Origin: Terriglobia bacterium
GTDB taxonomy: Bacteria; Acidobacteriota; Polarisedimenticolia; Polarisedimenticolales; JAIQFR01
Length of the DNA: 64,000 bases
Assembly: GCA_963748015.1 (NCBI GenBank)
Contig: CAVVHE010000004.1
Location: 1,728,001-1,792,000 of the forward strand
Direction: 5' to 3'
The notes beneath the pieces were generated by a model. That model did not search any database, was not told where the DNA came from, and saw nothing but the letters and a program-made list of their open reading frames with translations. The translations under genes and the position numbers were made by a program. Below, in pieces: positions 9,082 through 17,141 of this stretch (its first letter is position 1; every line of letters starts with the position of its first letter).

Positions 9082-11738
9082 ATGACAGCACCGAAGGACG
9101 CGCGCACGGGAGAATCTCGATCCTCAGCCGGGGAATACGGTCGGGCACTATCGGATCGTCGGTGAGATCGGTCGCGGTGGCATGGGGGTCGTTTACCGCG
9201 CATTCGACGCCAGCCTGCAGCGGGAGGTCGCGCTCAAGTGCCCGCGGCCAGAACTCTCCGGCGATCCTAGGTTCGTCGGGAGGTTCCTTCGCGAGGCGAG
9301 AACGCTCTCGAGGCTCTCCCACCCGGGCATCGTCCCGGTCTTCGAGGTGTTCGAGGAAGCGGGCCGACTCTGGCTCGCGAGCGAGCTGGTGGACGGCGAG
9401 GACCTCGTCGGCCCTGCTTCGCAGGCGGGGACCCCTGATCACCGAAGAGGTGCTCTTCTACGCCGAGGGCCTGACAGGCGCCCTCGACGCCGCGCACTCG
9501 AAGGGGATCCTCCACCGAGACCTGAAGCCGGCGAACGTGCTGATCGGAAAGGACGGCCGGGCGCGTCTCATGGACTTCGGCCTCGCCCGCGTCACCGCTC
9601 CCGAGGGCTCGGATGTCGCCACCGGTAGCGTGTCGCTGACCGCGGAAGGCCAGATCGTCGGGACACCGGGGTACATGTCGCCGGAGCAGTTCACGGGCAA
9701 GCCCATCGACAACCGGAGCGACATCTTCTGTCTCGGCGCGGTGCTCTACGAAATGTGCGCGGCGAAGCCCGCCTTCTTTCGTCCGGACCACGCCGACTGG
9801 GTCGACGCTCTTCTCTACCACGAGCCGGCGGAGATCTCGCGGTTCAATGGGGACATCCCCGACGAGCTCGAGCGGATCATCCGCAAGGCCCTCGCGAAAC
9901 GCCCCGACGAGCGTTACCAGCATGCTGGCGAGATGCTGGCGGACCTCAAGGCCCTGAAACGACGCGTCGAGGCCGACGAGGTCCTTCCCCCAGCGCCGCG
10001 GCCTCGCCGTCGCGGCGGGCGTATTGCGATACTCGCGGCCGGCATTAGCGCCGTGGCGTTGCTGCTGGCGTGGTTCCAGCACTATCGGGAAGGGCGGAAC
10101 CTCATTCCGATCTCCGAACCCCGGCAACTCACCAGCAGCCCGGGCGCGAAGGGAGAGCCCGCCCTCTCGCCCGACGGCAACTTCGTCGCCTACTCGTCGG
10201 ACGAGAGCGGGAACCCCGAGATCTGGCTGATGGACCTCAAGAGCGGCTCGCCTTCGCGCCTCACGAACGATCCAGCGGCCGACACATCGCCCGCGTGGTT
10301 GCCGGACGGCAGCGCGCTCCTGTTCGTCTCCGAACGCACCGGCAGGAAATCGATCTTCAGTATCCCGCGCCTCGGCGGCGAACCGGTGCTGCTTTTGCCC
10401 GATGCAGAGAGCCCCGCCGTCTCGCGAGACGGAACGCAGATCGCGTTCGCCAGGCCCGATTCGGCGGGGCGTCTGCGCATCGGGGTCGCATCCCTGCGAG
10501 ATCCGTCACAGGTGAGACTCTTGACGGCCGCACCCGACGGATTCAGCGATCACGATCGCCCCTCATGGTCCCCGAACGGGAAGACGATCTGTTACGAGGA
10601 CTTCAGGGACCTGTGGCTCGTCCCGGCCAGCGGCGGTAAGTCGGTCCCCCTCACGACGGATCACCCGTGGAACGCGGAGCCCTCGTGGTCTCCCGACGGG
10701 CGTCATGTCTATTTCTCGTCGTTCCTCCGCGAAGGCACGCACGCGCTATGGCGCATTCCGAGCTCGGGTGGAGCCCCGGAGAGAATCACGCCGGGAACGG
10801 GGCCGGAAGGCCATCCCAGCATCGATCGTTCGGGAATCGCGCTCGCATACACCACCTTCGTCGACGAGCCCACCGTCACGATGCTCGACCTCCGTTCTGG
10901 CCGCGGAACGAGGCTCTCGACCTTCCGGAGCACGTACTTCCTGACGTTTTCGCACGACGGGAGCAGGATTTGGTTCCTTTCGACGAGGCTGGGCCGCTCC
11001 GATCTCTGGTTCCAGGCGCTGAAGGACGGGAAGCCGAAGGGGGATCCGGTCCGCCTCGCGGAGCAGCCGGGGCACATCGGAACGTATTCCCTGTCGCCGG
11101 ACGGCCACTGGATCGCCTATCACGGCCACCGGGAAGGGCGCCGCGACATCTACGTTCTCCCGGCCGAAGGTGGACCGGCGACGAAGTTGATCGACAACGG
11201 CGCCGCAAACGTCCAGCCGTCGTGGTCGCCCGACGGGAAGCGCCTGGCGTTCGTATCGGACCTCGAGGACGGCTTCCAGATCTGGATCGCGCCGGTCGCG
11301 GACGGTAAACTCGCCGGCCGCCCGACCCGGCTTACCAGAGACGCGGCGACCCACTGGCTCCCCTGCTGGTCCCCGGACGGATCGCTGATCGCCTACCTCG
11401 GCGAGCAAGGCGCCTCCGGGGAAGTCTGGGTGATGCGAGCCGACGGCTCGGGAGAACCCCGTCGGCTGACGACGGGAGCCGAGGCGAGACGACTCCGCTG
11501 GAACCCGTCCGATGGAACCCTGCTCGTCGCGGGCTCGTGGGGCACCGAGAAGACCGAGCTGCGACGGTTGAACCCTTCCGGCGGCGAAGCGATGCCCCTG
11601 AGGCCGCCGGTCATCTTCGGCAACGCCGCGGCCAACGGGAACTTCGCCGTTTCTGACGACGGGGGGTTCCTCGTGTATGCCCAGGATGAAGTGCGCGGCG
11701 AGATATGGATGCTCGAGGCCAAGAAGGGAGCCTACTGA
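9082..11738 (+). CDS. Membrane Ser/Thr kinase with PD40/TolB-like beta-propeller, paralogue of the upstream gene (frameshifted)
   Basis: HYRIVGEIGRGGMG, HRDLKPAN, DFG, GTPGYMSPEQ, a TM helix and WSPDG repeats. Frame change near 9410-9420; start approximate. Confidence 0.9.
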
Positions 11739-11813
11739 CCACTCCTTTTGGGGCGCGTCGATGGCTCGTGACTGTCCGGGTCGAAAGGCCCGCAACTAAC
11801 AAGGAGCGGTGAA

Positions 11814-12424
11814 ATGTGTGACGATGAATCGAACGACAAACAAGTGAAGAGTCCGAGTGTTGCGCCAGTAACGATCACCATGGAGCATGTCTTTAACGCG
11901 CTCGGGCAGATCGAGGTCTGGATCCATTATGTGCGCCAGGCTCTGGGCGGCTACGACACCGTTGCAGCACTTCCCGTTCCCGATGTTCCGCCCACCGCCC
12001 CCCCCCTGGGCAGCCTGTCGAACTGCTAGCGACAAGAGCTCAAGCGGCGCTGGCCAGCGGGGTCGCCGGCCCGCTCCTGGCCATAGGCTGTCCACCGCCA
12101 CCAGGTCCGATCGACCTTCGGCCTCTCGAGGTCGGCTGCCCGCCTCCGGGCCAGTTGACCGCAAGCGAGGAGCCATTCGCGCTCCGGTGGTACCACATCT
12201 TCAACACGCTTGCGCAAATCGAGGTCTGGATGCACTACGTGCGCGCCGCGCTGGGCGGGTACAATGGAATGGAGCGTGTTCCCTTCCCTACTCCACCTCC
12301 CACCACGTCCCTTGCAAGCAAGGCCGGCGCAAAGCTACCCGCGGGACCGAGTCTGAGCATCGATTGTCCCCCGCCACCCGGCCCCATCATCCCGCAGCCG
12401 CTCGAGATCGGCTGTCCCGACTAG
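11814..12424 (+). CDS. Putative two-module RiPP-like precursor (203 aa after one C is added to the C9 run at 11998-12006)
   Basis: AAGGAG RBS at 11801-11806. The frame of the 12155 ORF is open back to the C run and encodes a paralogue of the C-terminus. Repeat units differ mostly at synonymous positions. Confidence 0.75.
11886..12424 (+). repeat. Internal tandem duplication in the precursor gene (period 308 nt in this assembly)
   Basis: cagatcgaggtctggatccattatgtgcgc (11907) vs caaatcgaggtctggatgcactacgtgcgc (12215). Also tgtccaccgccaccaggtccgatc (12089) vs tgtcccccgccacccggccccatc (12365). Confidence 0.9.
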
Positions 12425-12457
12425 CGGCTCCCAGCCAAACGGGAGTCGAGAGTCCTG

Positions 12458-13702
12458 ATGGCGAATGCGCCTTCGCTTGCCGTCTCATCGCTCGACGCGA
12501 TCGTGACGTCGGCATGCAACTTGAGGTGTAGCTACTGCTACCAGGCCGCTAGAAGCGCCGGTCGGATGGGCTGGGAAATCCTACGCGCTTGCGTGGACCT
12601 TCTTCTGGCATCGGAATGCGACGACGTCCAGTTGGTGTTCTACGGGGGAGAGCCACTCCTCGAGTTCCCCACGATCCGGCGAGCGGTGAACTACGCCGAG
12701 ACGGCAAAGCCGCGGCGCCAGCGCGTCCGGTATGGGATCGTTACGAACGGCATCCTGCTTGGGTCGGAGGTCGCCGCGTTCCTCGACGAGCACCGCTTCG
12801 AAACGCGATTGAGTTTCGACGGGGTCCCCGCCTCGCAGGATCTTCGGGCGAGAGGAACTTTCCCGATACTAGACCGCCTGCTAGTCCGGCTGCGGAGCGA
12901 TAATCCCAGGTTCTTCCGCGACGATCTCAGCATCAACATCACGCTGCACTCGGGAAACCTCCGCTACCTTCCGGATTCGATCGAGTACTTCCTCGAAAAA
13001 GGAATCCGCTCGATCCTCCTCGGTCCCATGGTCAACCACGACGACGGCTGGCGCCTGAACATGATCGAGGATCTCGATGCGCGGTTCTCCTGCGTCTTCC
13101 AATCCTGCCTGGTTCATTACAGCAGGTCAGGCGAGGTTCCCCTCACTGTCTTCCGAAAGACGGCAAGCCCGACGCTCCGCGAGGCCGTCGGCCGGGCTGT
13201 CTGTGGTGTGGGCGGCGGGACGAAAGTCGCCGTGGATCCTAGCGGCAACGTGCATGGCTGCGTGATGCTCGTGGATGCATATCAGTCCTTACCCCTTCCT
13301 TTCCGGAATCGACTAACGGGGATGAAGATGGGGAATCTTCTTGACGTGCGGTTTGAGAAACGCTACCGGCGCTATCCCGCGACGGCGCGCGCCGCCCGCA
13401 TCTTCAACGATCGGCACCTCAAGTACTCGTCATACGGCCGTTGCGACCGCTGCAGGTTCGCAGGATCATGCTCCGTCTGCCCCGTGGCCGTAGGGTATGT
13501 ACCGTACAGCGACGATCCCCACCGGATTCCGGATCATGTTTGCGCCTACAACCTCGTGTCACTCGACTACCGCGATCGATTTCCGAGCCCTACCGCGGCC
13601 GAGGACTTATTCGCGGGGAAGGCGGTTCTTTCTAGGGAGATGAGCGAACTACGGGCGTTCGTGCTGTCCCGGCCGGGCGCCAGGGGAAGGAGATTGCCAT
13701 GA
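12458..13702 (+). CDS. Radical SAM protein with SPASM domain (putative peptide maturase)
   Basis: CNLRCSYC, FYGGEPLL, TNG, SFDG. SPASM cysteines in CGVGGG...SGNVHGC, CDRCRFAGSCSVC and HVC. Confidence 0.93.
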   Translation: MANAPSLAVSSLDAIVTSACNLRCSYCYQAARSAGRMGWEILRACVDLLLASECDDVQLVFYGGEPLLEFPTIRRAVNYAETAKPRRQRVRYGIVTNGILLGSEVAAFLDEHRFETRLSFDGVPASQDLRARGTFPILDRLLVRLRSDNPRFFRDDLSINITLHSGNLRYLPDSIEYFLEKGIRSILLGPMVNHDDGWRLNMIEDLDARFSCVFQSCLVHYSRSGEVPLTVFRKTASPTLREAVGRAVCGVGGGTKVAVDPSGNVHGCVMLVDAYQSLPLPFRNRLTGMKMGNLLDVRFEKRYRRYPATARAARIFNDRHLKYSSYGRCDRCRFAGSCSVCPVAVGYVPYSDDPHRIPDHVCAYNLVSLDYRDRFPSPTAAEDLFAGKAVLSREMSELRAFVLSRPGARGRRLP

Positions 13703-15486
13703 GAAAGAGGTTCCTTCCGACCATGATGCTTCTCGCCTTTACCGCCGGGGGTATCGCGAGCGCTGATCTCACTCCCACGCGGAGACCCCCGAACGGCGTA
13801 CGCCTCATTGTCCAGTTCGACACGGGGTCGGCCAGCGTCCTGAAGGCGTGGCCTACGAAATGGAGGCCATCGGGGGCAAACCTGCGGAAGCCCGTTATCG
13901 ACCAGAAGACCTGGCGTCGCTATCCCGCCGGGAGCGGCGAGTTGCTGGTGTGTGTCTACGACAAAGACGGCAAGCCCATCGAGACCTACGCGTGGCCCTC
14001 GAAAGCTTTAGTTCTCGTAGATGGTTTCGACGCCAATCAGGGAGGCGCCCTGCGAGGTCGGGCCGTGACACCTCGCACAGATCAGCGTCTCATGGAGATC
14101 CCTCTCGATGGCAATGCTCACTTCCTTGCCTTCTTCCGGACGGAGGTCCTCGACACTCCGGCCCAGCTGTTTCCCGTGCGTCTTACGACGCTATCCGTCT
14201 ACGACGTCGAAGGCGGGAGTAAGCCGCCGAAGGTGCTTCATCGGCCCGCCGAGAATCTCCCATCCGTTCCTCCGCCCGGGGCCCTCCAGCCGCTGACGCT
14301 CATTCAGTCGGACAATAGCAGCTCCGGTGTCTCCAGCAGTGAAGTATCGAGCGGTCAGACGGAAACGAGCCGACCTTCGCCGAAGAAGTTCGACATTCTC
14401 GTCCTCGGCGACGGATTCGCCAATGAGCTGTCGTTCAACGCCGCCGCGTACGATCTGAAAGCAGCGCTTCTCGGGCCCCAGGCCGCTGCGAATCAGGGCT
14501 CGCCTAACGATCTGGGCGACGGCATCGAGCCGTTTCGTTCCGAGCAACGGAAGATCACCTTCCACTACAAGTTTGACCAATCCAGCGGCGAGGGTGTCGC
14601 GCACTGCTGGAACGACACCGGAAACGCTTGCGATGAAGGCGGAGGCCCCAAGCCTCCTTTCTGGGTGGAGGGGCAGTGGGAAGATGAGCTCGGCACGCAG
14701 GGAGGCCCCGGCTACTTCGGCACCAAACACCTCGACGCAGTGTTCAACGCCAAACAAGCATTCGAGAACACACACACGGAGCTCGAGGACGGTGTGATCG
14801 ATCTGGTGATAATGCTAGCGAACTGCCGACGCTACGGCGGCAACGCGGACATGGAGAACGGAATCGTGTACCTTCCGTTGCCAAGCGACAACAGCGAGCT
14901 GCATCCGCTGTCGGAGTACGCGGGACTGGTCGCGCACGAGGTCGCGCACGTCGTCGCAGGACTCGGCGAAGAGTATGTGAGCTGCGTCCCACCCGATCGG
15001 GTCGACTACCACCGGTTCCCCAACATCGCGTTCATGGGGGACGTCAGGCCGAAGGAGGTGCCGTGGAGGGACTACGCCGAAGCGCGCGGCGCATACTCGA
15101 GCGCGGACGAGAAGTTCAAGGTGGTTCACACGAAAGCGGACGGGTTCGATTGCGCCTGCGAGCCTTTCGATTGCCTCGCACTGCCAGATCAGGAGGAGGC
15201 GACGTGCCTCGGGAATCGAAGGGAACTTGGGCTGTTCTGGGGAGCCATGTACGCATCCTGCGAGTGCAGCAAGCCGCCGAGGCACTGCCCCCAGTCGCTG
15301 TGGTGTGACGCTAGCCCCGCGTACTTCCGTCCGATGAGCCGCTGCAGGATGCAAAGGACGGCTGACGAATTCTGTGATGTCTGCAAGTGCTTGCTCAGAC
15401 TTGCGATCGCAAAGGCATCGGGGCAACCTCTCTCCCCGGAACACGAAAGTTGCGGGAGGCTGGAGCACGTCGCCGCCCCCCTGTAA
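13699..15486 (+). CDS. Secreted M64 (IgA peptidase-like) zinc metallopeptidase with N-terminal extension and Cys-rich inserts
   Basis: Signal peptide, DILVLGDGF, IEPF, HEVAHVVAGLGEEY and RCRM...EFCDVC. ATGA overlap with the radical SAM stop. Confidence 0.8.
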   Translation: MRKRFLPTMMLLAFTAGGIASADLTPTRRPPNGVRLIVQFDTGSASVLKAWPTKWRPSGANLRKPVIDQKTWRRYPAGSGELLVCVYDKDGKPIETYAWPSKALVLVDGFDANQGGALRGRAVTPRTDQRLMEIPLDGNAHFLAFFRTEVLDTPAQLFPVRLTTLSVYDVEGGSKPPKVLHRPAENLPSVPPPGALQPLTLIQSDNSSSGVSSSEVSSGQTETSRPSPKKFDILVLGDGFANELSFNAAAYDLKAALLGPQAAANQGSPNDLGDGIEPFRSEQRKITFHYKFDQSSGEGVAHCWNDTGNACDEGGGPKPPFWVEGQWEDELGTQGGPGYFGTKHLDAVFNAKQAFENTHTELEDGVIDLVIMLANCRRYGGNADMENGIVYLPLPSDNSELHPLSEYAGLVAHEVAHVVAGLGEEYVSCVPPDRVDYHRFPNIAFMGDVRPKEVPWRDYAEARGAYSSADEKFKVVHTKADGFDCACEPFDCLALPDQEEATCLGNRRELGLFWGAMYASCECSKPPRHCPQSLWCDASPAYFRPMSRCRMQRTADEFCDVCKCLLRLAIAKASGQPLSPEHESCGRLEHVAAPL

Positions 15487-15582
15487 CCGCCCTTCCGGAA
15501 GACGGGTGTCTCGGATACCGTGTGACAAGCGGCACCGACGGCCGGCTCGCCCAGGAAACCCGCGGGACGTGAAGCCTGGATC

Positions 15583-16155
15583 TTACTTCGGCGCCCGCTT
15601 CGAGAACTCCCAAGTGCGAGTATCGACGATGATCTTCTCGCCAGCCTCGATGAAAAGCGGGACCTTCACGGTCTTCCCGTTGGTCAGCGTCGCATCCTTG
15701 AGGTTCTTCCCCGACTGGGTGTCGCCACGCGCCCCGCCGCCGACCATGTCGATCTCCGCCTCGATGAACTGCGGGAGATTCACGCCGACCGGCTTCCCGT
15801 TGAAGAGGACCGACGAAAGCGTGAGCCCCTCGGTCAGCCAGTCCACCCCCTCCCCCACCTGCTCGCGCGGGAGCGAGAACTGGTCGTAGCTCTGCACGTC
15901 CATGAAGTGGCAGGCCTCGCCGTCGTCGTAGAGGAACTGGATCTGGCGGAACTGCACGTCGGGCTCGTCGAACTTCTCGCCCGACTTGAAGGTCCGCTCG
16001 GCCAGCACGCCGGTGATGATGTTCCGCATCTTCGTGCGGACGAGCGTCGCGGCCCCCCGCGCCGACGGCGTCTGGACGTTGTAGTCCTCGATCACGTAGG
16101 GCTCGCCGTCCATCAGGACCCTGAGCCCCCTCTTGAAGTCCGACGTCGTGATCAT
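15583..16155 (-). CDS. efp: Elongation factor P family protein with an EfpL/YeiP-type loop
   Basis: Three-domain EF-P pattern (FMD..SYDQ, GARGDT, VPLFIEAGEKIIVDTR). Loop QTPSARGAATL with Arg33. Confidence 0.92.
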   Translation of the reverse strand: MITTSDFKRGLRVLMDGEPYVIEDYNVQTPSARGAATLVRTKMRNIITGVLAERTFKSGEKFDEPDVQFRQIQFLYDDGEACHFMDVQSYDQFSLPREQVGEGVDWLTEGLTLSSVLFNGKPVGVNLPQFIEAEIDMVGGGARGDTQSGKNLKDATLTNGKTVKVPLFIEAGEKIIVDTRTWEFSKRAPK

Positions 16156-16203
16156 CTCGCCTCCATCTCCGACAGCATCGCCGCCGCCTCCCGGAACGCC
16201 GCC

Positions 16204-16998
16204 CTATCGCCCCGCGGCCGGGGGATCGGGGAACTCGCCCTCGAGGGCGCTCTCCACGATCCGCTTCGCATCCGGCGGGAAATCCTGCTTCAGGATCCAC
16301 CTGAGATAGTCAGGCTGCTCCCGCGCCACGTCCCGCAGCGCCTTCCCCTGGTGCTTGCCGAACGCCAGCACCACCTCGCCGTTCCTGAACACGAACTTCC
16401 CCGACGGACTGGCCGCGTCCGCCGGAATGGGAGGCCGGCACCACCCGTCCAGCTCCTCCACCGACCGCGGAAGATCGGAGTACCGCTCCAGCTGCGCGTC
16501 CAGGACTTCGAGCGACGCCGCGACGTCCGCCTCCGCGCCGTGGGCTCCGACGTGCTCGCGCCCGAGATAGAAAGCCACCGCCGCCGAGAGGTGCCTCGGC
16601 TCCTTGCGGTGGAAGATCGTCATCGCGTCGACGACCCGCCGTCCGGCGAGCTCGAGATCCATGCCGCAGTCGCGGAACTCCCGGTCGAGCAGCGGGATGT
16701 CGAACCTCAGGATGTTGAAGCCGGAGAGGTCCGCATCGCCGAGGAAGTCGAGGAGGCCCCGGGCGATCCGGCGGAACTCCGGCTCGTCTCGAACGTCCTC
16801 GTCCCGGATCCCGTGGATCGCCGTCGCCTCGGGGGGAATCGGCCGGCCGGGATTCACCCGCCGCGTGCGCACCTCGCTGCCGCCGCCGGGCTCCACCCTG
16901 AGAACCGAGATCTCGACGATCCGGTCCGACGATGGGTCGGTCCCCGTGGTCTCGAGATCGAAGACGGCCAGCGGCCGCGTGAGGCGCAGGTTCTTCAT
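16204..16998 (-). CDS. DEDDh 3'-5' exonuclease (DnaQ-like)
   Basis: FDLETTG, GFNILRFDI, HGAEADV and C-terminal FGKHQGK.L.DV...PDYLRW. Confidence 0.92.
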   Translation of the reverse strand: MKNLRLTRPLAVFDLETTGTDPSSDRIVEISVLRVEPGGGSEVRTRRVNPGRPIPPEATAIHGIRDEDVRDEPEFRRIARGLLDFLGDADLSGFNILRFDIPLLDREFRDCGMDLELAGRRVVDAMTIFHRKEPRHLSAAVAFYLGREHVGAHGAEADVAASLEVLDAQLERYSDLPRSVEELDGWCRPPIPADAASPSGKFVFRNGEVVLAFGKHQGKALRDVAREQPDYLRWILKQDFPPDAKRIVESALEGEFPDPPAAGR

Positions 16999-17141
16999 CG
17001 GGATCCCCGGATGCTCCGCGAAGCGACTAACTTAGCCGTTCCGCGCGCCGCTCCGCAAGCGCCGGTCCCTCGGCGAACCGGACGGCCCCGGCGCCGGAGG
17101 CTATAATCTCCTTTCGTCGCGCGACGAGGAGGAAGCCGCGG

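Noticed and set aside
11814..12424. Two independent small precursor genes (71 aa and 89 aa)
   Set aside because: The second ORF has only a TTG start with no clear RBS, and its frame continues upstream through sequence paralogous to its own C-terminus. One gene with a 1-nt deletion explains this better, though it is unproven.
12458..13702. Anaerobic sulfatase maturase or PqqE assignment
   Set aside because: No sulfatase or pqq genes are recognisable in the window, and the adjacent repeat peptide is the more economical substrate.
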